Assembly: GCA_963699595.1 (NCBI GenBank)
Contig: CAVOUO010000020.1
Span: forward strand, 34,301-98,300
Direction of reading: 5' to 3'
Length of the DNA stretch: 64,000 nucleotides
Origin: an uncultured Planctomycetota bacterium
Lineage (GTDB): Bacteria; Planctomycetota; Phycisphaerae; Sedimentisphaerales; Anaerobacaceae
The notes under the pieces were generated by a model that saw only the letters and a program-made list of their open reading frames with translations, made no database searches and was not told the DNA's origin. A program made the translations under genes and the position numbers. Numbering within the stretch: the first letter of the stretch is position 1; the number at the start of each line of letters is the position of its first letter. Shown here one piece after another: positions 10,087 to 18,995 of this stretch.

Positions 10087-10662
10087 ATGGCAATGACCGC
10101 TTCAACGATGCTGCCGTTGGGGACGGAAGCGCCGGGCTTTACCTTGCCGGATACGGCGGGCAACCTGGTGTCCCTTACAGATTTCGACGAAGCCAAAGCG
10201 TTGGTGGTGGTGTTCATGTGCAACCACTGCCCCTTCGTCAAGCACGTCATCGACGGCCTCGTCAAGCTGGCGAAGAAATACCAGCCGCGCGGCGTGGCGT
10301 TCGTCGGCATCAATGCCAATGACGTGAGCGAGTTTCCGGAAGACCGGCCGGAGAAGATGGCCCAGTTCGCCCGCGAGAAAGGGTTCACGTTTCCCTATCT
10401 CTATGATGAGACCCAGGACGTGGCCAAGCGATCTCACGCGGCCTGCACGCCCGATTTCTTTGTATTTGACGAGAACCGAAGACTGGTTTATCGTGGGCAG
10501 ATGGACGACAGCCGGCCGGGGAGCAACGTGCCGGTCACCGGGGCCGATCTGCGTGCCGCCCTGGACGCCGTCCTGGAGGGTGAAACGGTTCCGGAAGAGC
10601 AGAAGCCGAGCATGGGCTGTAACATCAAATGGAAACCCGGCAATGAGCCGGACTATTTCTGA
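10087..10662 (+). CDS. Thioredoxin-fold redoxin (AhpC/TSA-like) family protein, first gene of the efflux operon
   Basis: APGFTLPDTAGNLVSLTDF...ALVVVFMCNHCPFVKH (CxxC)...FVGINANDVSEFPEDRPEKM...FTFPYLYDETQDVAK. Intact; 15 nt upstream of the next ORF. Confidence 0.75.
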   Translation: MAMTASTMLPLGTEAPGFTLPDTAGNLVSLTDFDEAKALVVVFMCNHCPFVKHVIDGLVKLAKKYQPRGVAFVGINANDVSEFPEDRPEKMAQFAREKGFTFPYLYDETQDVAKRSHAACTPDFFVFDENRRLVYRGQMDDSRPGSNVPVTGADLRAALDAVLEGETVPEEQKPSMGCNIKWKPGNEPDYF

Positions 10663-10677
10663 GGCCGTGAGCAAGGA

Positions 10678-11941
10678 GTGGGCGTGGTCCAGCGAATGAT
10701 GTTCGTGCCTGTGGTTCTGATCATCGGGACCCTGGGCGGCGTTGTCGGGGGAGGGAACGAGCCTGCCGCGGATGCCAACGTGCCGCAGACGCTGGCAGAG
10801 TATCTTGCCTACGCCGCCCTCCACAATCCCGGTCTTAAGGCGACATTCGAGGAGTGGAAGGCGAGCATTGGAGCAGATCCCGCAGGCGAAAGCCCTTCCC
10901 GATCCCAAGTTTACCTACGACTACTTCATCGAGCAGATCGAGACCCGCCAGCGGGCGGGGATCACGCAGATGTTCCCGTGGTTCGGCAAAATCGCCGCTC
11001 GTACGGATGCCGCGTCGGCCGCGGCCAAGGCCGCCCAAAAACGCTATGAGGCCCGGAAGCTGCAATTGTTTTTCGATGTCAAAAAGGCTTTCTACGAGTA
11101 TGTCTATCTGGGCAGCGCGACGCGCATCGCCCAGGAGAACCTGGCGCTGATGCAGCATTTCGAGGAGGTGGCCCGTACGAAGTACATCACGGCGGCGGCC
11201 ACCCATCCGGACATCATTCGTGCGCAAATCGAGGTAGCCAGACTGCAGAACGAGTTGATCACCTTGGAACGGCAGAGGCCTCCTGTCGTCGCCGGGCTCA
11301 ATGCGGCCCTCAATCGTCCGGTCCAGGCCCCGCTGCCCTGGCCCCGGCAAGAGCCTGCTGGGCCGGTGGCGTTGGATCGCCGGGTGCTCCTGGCCTCGCT
11401 CAAGGAGCGCAATCCCGAGATCCAGGCGCTGGAATACGATGTCGAGCGGCTTGGGCGGGAGGTGGACGTTGCGAAGCGGAATTTCTATCCGGACATCGGT
11501 CTGGGCGTGGAGTGGATGAAGATGAACATGGGTCCGGGAGAGCGTGATGACGACGTTAGGCTCGGCCTGGAATTGAACCTGCCGATCTGGCAGCGCAGCT
11601 ACCGGGCCGGCGAATTGCAGGCTCGGGCGATGGCCCGCCGGGCGCAGCATGAGAAGCGGGACCTGGAGAACAGTCTGTCGGCACGAGTGGAGCGCACCTT
11701 GTACGAATTCGAGGATAGCGGCCGCAAAGTGAACCTCTATGGAGCGGCCCTTATCCCCAACGCCCAGCAGCTCGTCGGCGCCTCCGAAGCAGCTTACATG
11801 GCAGGAACGATTGATTTTCTTCGTTTGATCGATGCTCAGCAGACCCTTCTGCAATTCCAGCTCGCGCGGGAGCGTTCTCGGGCCGATCAGCGGCAGAAGT
11901 TGGCCGAGTTGGAGATGCTCGTTGGCACGGATTTGCCGTAG
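10678..11941 (+). pseudogene. cusC: TolC/CusC-like outer-membrane efflux factor; one frame break near 10862; start uncertain (GTG 10678/10684 or ATG 10696)
   Basis: Frame 1: MMFVPVVLIIGTLGG...TLAEYLAYAALHNPGLKATFEEWKA. Frame 2 (10742..11941): ALEQIPQAKALPDPKFTYDYFIEQIETR...ARKLQLFFDVKKAFYEYVYL...IRAQIEVARLQNEL...LRLIDAQQTLLQFQLARERSRADQRQKLAELEMLVG. Confidence 0.75.
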
Positions 11942-12011
11942 AACGGGGCGAACTGAAATCCTATGGGAATAGTATGGGTTTTGGTTAGAGGCTGGTTCTA
12001 AGGAGGTTTCA

Positions 12012-13766
12012 ATGCGCATAAATCGTGTCCCGCGGCAGGTGATTACAGCCGTCCTTCTGGTGGCAGCGGGCTTTGCCATAGGCTATGCCGTCTCGCTTGC
12101 CGGGCAGAGTGTGGCAGTGAGCGATACACACGCCCAGTCGGAAACGACAGGGGCTCAGAAGTGGTATTGCTCGATGCATCCGCAGATTGTCCGCGACCGG
12201 CCGGGACTCTGTCCGATCTGCGAGATGGAGTTGATCCCCATGCCCGCGAATCAAGCGGCCCAGACCGCGCCACGCGAGCTGGTCGTATCCGAAGCGGCGG
12301 CCCGCCTGATGGACGTCCAGACCTCGCCGGTCCAGAGGCAGCTTGTCGCCAACGAGGTGCGAATGGTCGGGAAGGTTCAGTCTGACGAGACCCGGGTCAA
12401 GTACATCACCGCCTGGGTCCCGGGCCGGCTCGACCGCCTGTACGTTGACTTTACGGGGACGACCGTTCGCAAGGGCGATCATTTGGTCTCGCTTTACAGC
12501 CCGGAGCTGATCAGTGCGCAGGCCGAGCTGCTGCAGGCGGCGAAGGCATCGAAGAATGCGGGGGAGAACACATCGACCTATCTGGCCGGGGCCACGGCCA
12601 GCACTCTCCAGGCGGCCAGGGAGAAGCTTCGTCTTTTGGGTTTGACGCCCGACCAAATCGGGGAGATCGAGCGGTCGGGCAAGCTCATGACCCACCTGAC
12701 GATCTATGCTCCGATCGGCGGGGTGGTAATCCAGAAAATGGTCAACGAGGGCATGTACGTGAGCACCGGCACCCCGATCTACGCGGTGGCCGATCTGTCG
12801 CAGGTCTGGGTCAAGCTCGATGCCTACGAGTCGGACCTGCAGTGGATTCGCTACGGGCAGGAGGTGCAGTTCAGTACGGAGGCGTACGCGGGCCGGACGT
12901 TCACCGGCCGGATCAGCTTCATCGATCCGGTGCTGGACCCGATGACGCGGACCGTCAAAGTGCGGGTGGATGTGCCCAATCCGGATGGAAGACTCAAGCC
13001 GGAGATGTTCATCCGTGCGGTGCTCCGGTCGCGGATGGCTGCCCATGGCAAGGTGATGGATCCCGACCTGGCCGGGAAATGGATCTGTCCCATGCATCCG
13101 TCCGTCGTGAAGTCGCAGCCGGGCGAGTGCGACATCTGTGGCATGGATTTGGTGACGACCGAATCCCTGGGTTTTGTGGCGGCCAGCGCTCCGGACCAAT
13201 TACCCCTGGTGATCCCGGAAACGGCGCCCTTGATTACCGGCAAACGCGCGGTGGTGTACGTGAAGAAGCCGGAGGCCCAAGTCCCGACCTTCGAAGGCAG
13301 GGAGGTGGAACTGGGTCCCAAAGCCGGGCACTACTATATCGTCGCCTCCGGCCTGAACGAGGGTGAGCAGGTCGTGACCAACGGGAACTTCAAGATCGAC
13401 TCGGCTCTGCAAATCCAGGGCAAGCCGAGCATGATGAATCCCGAGGGCGGCGCCATGCCGGCCGGGCATCAGCACGGAGGGCCTGCTCCGGCGCAGCCCG
13501 CCGCCGCAGCGGTGCAGACCGCCACGAAGTCGACAACGGAGCAGACGACGTGTCCGGTCCTGGGCAACCCCATCGATCCGGCTGTCTTCGTGGAATACAA
13601 GGGCAAGAAGGTTTACTTCTGCTGCCGAGGCTGCGACAAGAAGTTCCAGGAGGACCCGGAGAAATACCTTGCCAAGCTGCCGCAATTCCAGGAGTCACAC
13701 CCCAGCGCCGAAAACCGATACGGCCGATTCCGGCCACAACCACTGACGTTTCCGTTGATTCCGTGA
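12012..13766 (+). CDS. cusB: RND efflux periplasmic adaptor (CusB-like) carrying two heavy-metal-binding CxxC modules and a C-terminal YHS/TRASH domain
   Basis: RBS AGGAGG at 12001-12006. Modules: WYCSMHPQIVRDRPGLCPICEMELIP and WICPMHPSVVKSQPGECDICGMDLV. Adaptor core: VRMVGKVQSDETRVKYITAWVPGRLDRLYV...IYAPIGGVVIQKMVNEGMYV. C-terminus: TTCPVLGNPIDPAVFVEYKGKKVYFCCRGCDKKFQEDPEKY. Confidence 0.85.
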   Translation: MRINRVPRQVITAVLLVAAGFAIGYAVSLAGQSVAVSDTHAQSETTGAQKWYCSMHPQIVRDRPGLCPICEMELIPMPANQAAQTAPRELVVSEAAARLMDVQTSPVQRQLVANEVRMVGKVQSDETRVKYITAWVPGRLDRLYVDFTGTTVRKGDHLVSLYSPELISAQAELLQAAKASKNAGENTSTYLAGATASTLQAAREKLRLLGLTPDQIGEIERSGKLMTHLTIYAPIGGVVIQKMVNEGMYVSTGTPIYAVADLSQVWVKLDAYESDLQWIRYGQEVQFSTEAYAGRTFTGRISFIDPVLDPMTRTVKVRVDVPNPDGRLKPEMFIRAVLRSRMAAHGKVMDPDLAGKWICPMHPSVVKSQPGECDICGMDLVTTESLGFVAASAPDQLPLVIPETAPLITGKRAVVYVKKPEAQVPTFEGREVELGPKAGHYYIVASGLNEGEQVVTNGNFKIDSALQIQGKPSMMNPEGGAMPAGHQHGGPAPAQPAAAAVQTATKSTTEQTTCPVLGNPIDPAVFVEYKGKKVYFCCRGCDKKFQEDPEKYLAKLPQFQESHPSAENRYGRFRPQPLTFPLIP

Positions 13767-13789
13767 TTACATTTCTAAAGGAGATCGCA

Positions 13790-14134
13790 ATGGATGCAGG
13801 AATGAGGTCCTTGGGAAGAGCCCTGAGGATGACGAGTGTCATCCCGGTCGCATTGATCGGGCTGGCTCTCTTCTCGGGTTGCGAGCGAAAGCAGCCGACG
13901 GCTCAGCAAACGCCGCAAACGTCCGGGCAACAGCCGGCCTCGGCGGACAATGCCGAGGTCAAGGCGGTCGCGGCGGAGCAGACGACTTGTCCGGTCATGG
14001 GTGGGCCCATCAACAAAACGATCTTTGTCGAGTACCAAGGCAAGAAAGTCTACTTCTGCTGTGCCGCCTGCCCGGAGAGGTTCACGGCCGACCCCGCCAA
14101 ATATGTCGCCAAGCTGCCGCAGTTTCAGAAGTAA
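13790..14134 (+). CDS. Small lipoprotein with YHS/TRASH metal-binding domain (candidate periplasmic metallochaperone)
   Basis: RBS aaaggag at 13777-13783, ATG at 13790. Lipobox LALFSGC. TTCPVMGGPINKTIFVEYQGKKVYFCCAACPERFTADPAKYVAKLPQFQK is about two-thirds identical (by eye) to the CusB-like C-terminus. Confidence 0.75.
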   Translation: MDAGMRSLGRALRMTSVIPVALIGLALFSGCERKQPTAQQTPQTSGQQPASADNAEVKAVAAEQTTCPVMGGPINKTIFVEYQGKKVYFCCAACPERFTADPAKYVAKLPQFQK

Positions 14135-14176
14135 TGGAAATATCCCTCGGCCCTGGCGCAGAGGCTGTGAGCAAGT

Positions 14177-17100
14177 ATGATGCCGGCAGACGCGAACGAG
14201 AACAAATACGAGCCGCTTCCCGAGCAGCAGACCCTGGTGGGGAGGATCCTGGGTTTCTGCATTTACAACAAGCTCATGGTGGGGCTGATTACCCTGTTCC
14301 TGGTCGCCGGGGGGATTTACGTCGCCCCGTTCGATTGGGAGTTTGAGTCCTTTCCTCGCAATCCCGTGGCGGTCGATGCGATTCCGGACATCGGCGAGAA
14401 CCAGCAGATCGTTTTCACGGAATGGCCCGGCCGCTCCCCGGGCGATGTCGAGGCTCAGATCAGCTATCCCTTGACGACGGCCCTCCTGGGCATCCCGAAC
14501 ATCAAGACGATTCGCAGTGCCTCGATGTTCGGGTTCTCTTCGATTTACATCATCTTCGAGGATTTCTCGTTCTTTGAGAAGCTGGTGCAGGGCAAGGATT
14601 TCTACTGGACGCGCAGCCGGGTGATCGAGAAGCTCAACAGTCTGCCCGCGGGCACCTTGCCGGCCGGGGTGCAGCCGGCCTTGGGGCCCGATGCGACCGC
14701 CCTGGGCCAGATCTTCTGGTATACCCTGGAAGGACGCGATCCTGACGGCAACGTCACCGGCGGCTGGGACCAGGAGGAACTGCGAACGATCCAGGACTGG
14801 CAGGTGCGGCTGGCGCTGCGCTCCGCTTCGGGTGTCAGCGAGGCAGCCTCCGTCGGCGGCTTCGTGCGCGAGTACCAGGTCGATGTGGATCCCGACGCCA
14901 TGCGGGCCTACAAGGTCGGCATCGACGAGGTCTTCGAGGCGGTTCGACGATCCAACATCGACGTCGGCGCCCAGACCATCGAGTTGAACCGCGTGGAGTA
15001 CATGATCCGCGGACTGGGTTTCATCAAGACGGTGGACGACATCGAGAAAAGCGTCATCAAGACGAACAATAACGTCCCCGTGCTCGTCAAGCACGTTGCC
15101 AAGGTGACTCTGGGGCCGGAGCCGCGGCGCGGCGTTCTGGATAAACAGGGCGCCGAAGTCGTAGGCGGCGTGGTCGTGGCACGCTATGGGTCCAACCCTC
15201 TGGCGGTGATCAAAAACGTCAAGAAAACGATCGCCGAGCTCGGGCCGGCTCTGCCCGCCAAGGCGGTCGTTACGGACTCCAAGATCGCGTCCGCGCAGAT
15301 CCAAGCCTTCGCACAGCAGCACGGCTTCGAGGCGTACGAGGGGGGGAGGTTGAATCAGCCCGTGTGGCAGGAATACCTGCGCCAGACGCCCCAGGAGCAA
15401 TGGCCGGCCTGGCTGACGCGAAGCCAGGTCACCCTCGTGCCGTTCTATGACCGCACCGGCCTGATCTATGAGACCCTGGGCACCCTCAATGCGGACATCT
15501 ACCAGGAGGTGCTGGTCACCGCCCTCGTGATCATTATCATGGTGATGCACCTGCGCAGCAGCATCCTGATCAGCTCGGTGATGCCCCTGGCGGTGCTTGG
15601 CTGTTTCGGCATCATGAAGGTGTTCTCCGTGGATGCCAACATCGTGTCTCTGGCCGGCATTGCCATTGCCGTTGGCGCCATCACGGACATGGGGATTGTG
15701 ATCTGTGACAATATCCTGCGTCATCTGGAGGAAAGCCCGCCGGACATGCCGCGTGCGGAGGTCATTCACCGTGCCGCCAGCGAGGTCGGCAGTGCGATCG
15801 TATCCGCCATGGCGTCGACGATCATCAGCTTCATCCCCGTGTTCTTCATGACGGGGCCGGAAGGCAAGCTGTTCAAGCCGCTGGCCTTCACGAAGACCTT
15901 TGCCCTCTTCGCCTCGATCGTCCTGGCTCTGACTATCCTTCCGCCTGCGGCTCATCTGCTGTTCTTCCCGCGCAAGATTGTCGGAAGGTATTTGCGGCCC
16001 GCGCTTTACGGTTCTCTGGCCTTGGCGGCCCTGCTCGTCGGTTTTGCCTTTAGCTGGCTGGTGGCGGTGGCCGTCATCGGATTCGTGGCCTACCAGTTCT
16101 TCAAGGGTGTGATGCCGCACCGTGTGGCGAGACTGGCCCCGTATCTTGGCAACGCGGTCGTTCTGATCCTGGTGGCATTGCTGCTGACGGCCGATTGGGA
16201 GCCGCTCGGTCCGCAACGAGGTCTGGTACGCAATTTCATCTTTGTCGGCGGGCTGATCGGCATCCTCATGACCCTCGTTCTGTCGTTTCAGTGGTTTTAC
16301 CCATCGATTCTGCGGTGGTGCCTGAATCATAAGGCCGCCTTTTTGTCTCTTCCGGCGCTCCTGCTGGTGATGGGCGCCATGATCTGGCTCGGTTTTGACC
16401 GGGTCTTCGCTTTTGTTCCTGAGACGCTGCGCCAGAACCGCCTGTGGGCCGTGGCCCACCATACGTTTCCAGGGTTGGGCAAGGAGTTCATGCCTCCGCT
16501 CGATGAAGGTTCGTTTCTCTACATGCCCACCACCATGCCGCACGCCTCCCTGGGCGAAGCCCTGGATATTCTGCAAAAGCAGAACACCGCCATCAGTTCC
16601 ATCCCGGAGATCGAATCCGTGGTCGGCAAAATTGGACGGGTGGAATCGGCTTTGGATCCGGCGCCCATCGGGATGATCGAGACCGTGATCAACTACCGGA
16701 CCGAGTACATCACCGACAAGGACGGCCGGCGCGTGAGCTTCCGCTATGACCGTGCCGCCGGCGAATTCGTTCGGGACCCGCAGGGCCAATTGATTCCCGA
16801 CGCTTACGGCCGACCGTATCGGCAATGGCGCGACCAGATGAAGACCGCCGATGACATCTGGAGAGAGATTGTGGCCGCGGCGGAGATCCCCGGAACGACA
16901 TCGGCTCCGAAGCTCCAGCCCATCGCGGCACGCATCGTCATGCTCCAAAGCGGAATGCGCGCCGCCATGGGCGTGAAGATCAAAGGACCCGACCTGGAGA
17001 CGGTGGAGAAAGTCGGATTTGAGCTCGAGCGGCTTCTCAAAGAGGTCCCGAGCATCGACCCCGCCACGGTCATTGCCGACCGCATCGTAGGCAAGCCGTA

Positions 17101-18133
17101 TCTGGAGATCGTGGCCGATCGTCAGGCGCTGGCCCGCTACGGCATTCCCATCCAGCAATTCCAGGATGTCCTGGAGGTGGCTGTCGGCGGCATCAAAGTG
17201 ACGACCACCGTGGAGGGACGCCAGAGATTTCCCGTGCGGGTGCGGTACCAGCGGGAATTGCGCGATAACATTGAGGCTCTCGAAAGAGTGTTGGTTCCTA
17301 CACCGGATGGCGCCCAAATCCCCCTGATCCAGGTCGCCCAGATCCAGTACGTGCGCGGACCCGAAGTGATCAAGAGCGAGGACACGTCCCTGGTGGGTTA
17401 TGTCCTGTTTGACAAGGTGCCGGGGACGGCGGAAGTGGACGTGGTGGAGGCGGCCGGCCGGCTCCTCCGGGAGAAAGAGGCGAGCGGCGTGTTCCATCGA
17501 CCGGCGGGTGTCACCATCACCTTTGCCGGCACTTACGAGAACCAGCTCCACGCGGCCCAGACCTTGCGCATCCTCGTTCCTTTGTCCCTGTTCACGATCT
17601 TCCTGGTTTTGTACATGCAGTTCCGGAGCGTACCGACGACCCTGCTGGTGTTTCTGGGCGTCCTGGTGTCATGGTCGGGAGCGTTCCTGCTGCTGTGGCT
17701 ATACGGCCGGGATTGGTTCCTCAACTTCAGCGTCTTCGGTGTGGACATGCGGGAGCTGTTCCAAGTGCATCCCATCAATCTGAGCGTGGCCGTATGGGTC
17801 GGATTCCTGGCGTTGTTTGGCATTTCCGATGACGACGGCGTGGTGATGAGCACGTATCTGGACCAGACGTTCGGCCGGCGCCAGCCGCAGAGCGTGGCGG
17901 AAATCCGCGCAGTGACGCTCGAGGCGGGCCAACGCCGCATCCGGGCGTGCCTGATGACCGGGTCCACGACCATTCTCGCTCTGATTCCGGTCCTCACCGC
18001 GACCGGTCGAGGCTCCGACCTCATGGTTCCCATGGCGATCCCCTCCTTCGGCGGCATGACCATCGAGATGTTGACCATGCTGATCGTGCCCGTGCTGTAT
18101 TGCTGGCTGCGGGAGCGCAGAGTCGGCCGATGA
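14177..18133 (+). CDS. cusA: CusA/CzcA-family heavy-metal RND efflux pump, unusually long (1318 aa)
   Basis: Intact ORF. Sequence includes ILGFCIYNKLMVGLITLFLVAGGIY, DAIPDIGENQQIVFTEWPGRSPGDVEAQISYPLT, GIAIAVGAITDMGIVICDNI, FIPVFFMTGPEGKLFKPLAFTKTFAL, FMPPLDEGSFLYMPTTMP, GISDDDGVVMSTYL. Confidence 0.9.
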   Translation: MMPADANENKYEPLPEQQTLVGRILGFCIYNKLMVGLITLFLVAGGIYVAPFDWEFESFPRNPVAVDAIPDIGENQQIVFTEWPGRSPGDVEAQISYPLTTALLGIPNIKTIRSASMFGFSSIYIIFEDFSFFEKLVQGKDFYWTRSRVIEKLNSLPAGTLPAGVQPALGPDATALGQIFWYTLEGRDPDGNVTGGWDQEELRTIQDWQVRLALRSASGVSEAASVGGFVREYQVDVDPDAMRAYKVGIDEVFEAVRRSNIDVGAQTIELNRVEYMIRGLGFIKTVDDIEKSVIKTNNNVPVLVKHVAKVTLGPEPRRGVLDKQGAEVVGGVVVARYGSNPLAVIKNVKKTIAELGPALPAKAVVTDSKIASAQIQAFAQQHGFEAYEGGRLNQPVWQEYLRQTPQEQWPAWLTRSQVTLVPFYDRTGLIYETLGTLNADIYQEVLVTALVIIIMVMHLRSSILISSVMPLAVLGCFGIMKVFSVDANIVSLAGIAIAVGAITDMGIVICDNILRHLEESPPDMPRAEVIHRAASEVGSAIVSAMASTIISFIPVFFMTGPEGKLFKPLAFTKTFALFASIVLALTILPPAAHLLFFPRKIVGRYLRPALYGSLALAALLVGFAFSWLVAVAVIGFVAYQFFKGVMPHRVARLAPYLGNAVVLILVALLLTADWEPLGPQRGLVRNFIFVGGLIGILMTLVLSFQWFYPSILRWCLNHKAAFLSLPALLLVMGAMIWLGFDRVFAFVPETLRQNRLWAVAHHTFPGLGKEFMPPLDEGSFLYMPTTMPHASLGEALDILQKQNTAISSIPEIESVVGKIGRVESALDPAPIGMIETVINYRTEYITDKDGRRVSFRYDRAAGEFVRDPQGQLIPDAYGRPYRQWRDQMKTADDIWREIVAAAEIPGTTSAPKLQPIAARIVMLQSGMRAAMGVKIKGPDLETVEKVGFELERLLKEVPSIDPATVIADRIVGKPYLEIVADRQALARYGIPIQQFQDVLEVAVGGIKVTTTVEGRQRFPVRVRYQRELRDNIEALERVLVPTPDGAQIPLIQVAQIQYVRGPEVIKSEDTSLVGYVLFDKVPGTAEVDVVEAAGRLLREKEASGVFHRPAGVTITFAGTYENQLHAAQTLRILVPLSLFTIFLVLYMQFRSVPTTLLVFLGVLVSWSGAFLLLWLYGRDWFLNFSVFGVDMRELFQVHPINLSVAVWVGFLALFGISDDDGVVMSTYLDQTFGRRQPQSVAEIRAVTLEAGQRRIRACLMTGSTTILALIPVLTATGRGSDLMVPMAIPSFGGMTIEMLTMLIVPVLYCWLRERRVGR

Positions 18134-18197
18134 GTCCCAGAGCCATCGGTGAAGCCGCGCAGCTTGATTTCCATAGACTCCGGCGGAGGGAGGAAAA

Positions 18198-18272
18198 TCG
18201 GGGCGACTGGACTTGAACCAGCGACCCCTAGCACCCCATGCTAGTGCTCTAGCCAAACTGAGCTACGCCCCG
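18198..18272 (-). tRNA. tRNA-Pro (anticodon GGG)
   Basis: The reverse complement folds as a cloverleaf: CGGGGCG-TA-GCTC-AGTTTGGCTA-GAGC-A-CTAGC-ATGGGGT-GCTAG-GGGTC-GCTGG-TTCAAGT-CCAGT-CGCCCCG-A. It is 75 nt, has G37, and CCA is not encoded. Confidence 0.9.
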
Positions 18273-18359
18273 ATATAGGGCAGTATAGTATGGCCGGCGC
18301 AGGCGGACAAGTGTTTTTTTCCCGAAATCGTCCCCGGAACGGGAATCCGCAGGAAAGGC

Positions 18360-18389
18360 TTGACAAAGTTAGGTGCAACTAACTATACT
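18360..18389 (+). promoter_or_regulatory. Sigma-70-like promoter (TTGACA-N18-TATACT) overlapped by a DtxR/iron-box-like inverted repeat AGTTAG-GTGCAA-CTAACT
   Basis: TTGACA at 18360-18365 and TATACT at 18384-18389. A perfect 6+6 inverted repeat at 18367-18384 lies between them, 38 nt upstream of the DtxR-family ATG at 18427. Confidence 0.6.
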
Positions 18390-18426
18390 ACACGCAGAAT
18401 CGGCTGTCGTGGAACGTCTGATAAGT

Positions 18427-18891
18427 ATGGAAAAGGATCGCAAACTCAGTGCTTCTCTGGAGGATTACCTGGAGGCGATTTACAACCTCTCCCGGCAATC
18501 CCGGGTGGTGCGCAGCAAGGATATTGCCGAGCAGTTGGGGGTTTCGCGGTCCTCGGTGACCGGCGCGTTGCGTCTGCTCAAAGACCGGGGCATGGTCCGC
18601 TATGAGCCGTACGACCACGCTACCCTCACGAAGGCCGGTCGCACGGCGGCACGGGATGTCGTGACGAGACACGATATCCTCAAATCCTTCTTCATCAATG
18701 TGTTAGGTCTTCCGGTCGAGGTGGCCCAGCAGGCTGCTTGCCGCACGGAGCACACTCTGGGTCCGCATGTCATCGCCAAGTTCTTGGCGTTTATCGAGTT
18801 CGTCGGCAGCACCGGCAAGGACGGGCATCCGCTGGCAGATGAATTTCAGGATTTCTGCGCCGGCGCTGCCGGAGGGAGGGGAACGGCGTAG
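18427..18891 (+). CDS. DtxR/MntR-family metal-dependent transcriptional repressor (no SH3/FeoA domain)
   Basis: MEKDRKLSASLEDYLEAIYNLSRQSRVVRSKDIAEQLGVSRSSVTGALRLLKDRGMVRYEPY...LTKAGRTAARDVVTRHDILKSFFINVLGL...ACRTEHTLGPHVIAKF. Confidence 0.8.
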   Translation: MEKDRKLSASLEDYLEAIYNLSRQSRVVRSKDIAEQLGVSRSSVTGALRLLKDRGMVRYEPYDHATLTKAGRTAARDVVTRHDILKSFFINVLGLPVEVAQQAACRTEHTLGPHVIAKFLAFIEFVGSTGKDGHPLADEFQDFCAGAAGGRGTA

Positions 18892-18995
18892 GATGAATCC
18901 CCGGAAAGTGATATGTTCGGAGCTGTCTGTGTGGCAAAAGAGTTTGCTGTGCCTAACTTTTTCGGGCTTGGTTGGGTCCCGGGGAGCGGGCGGAC

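Noticed and set aside
13775-17551. Very long antisense ORFs: 13775..17551 (-, 1258 aa), 407..1651 (-), 7495..8733 (-), 19426..20820 (-), 10835..12079 (-), 46744..48372 (-)
   Set aside because: They lie opposite genes with strong family signatures. Their translations are low-complexity and Arg/Pro/Gly/His-rich with no motifs. These are typical stop-poor shadow frames of high-GC DNA.
18134-18426. Genomic-island integration at tRNA-Pro
   Set aside because: There is no integrase or recombinase gene, and I noticed no duplicated tRNA 3-prime segment on either side within the window.
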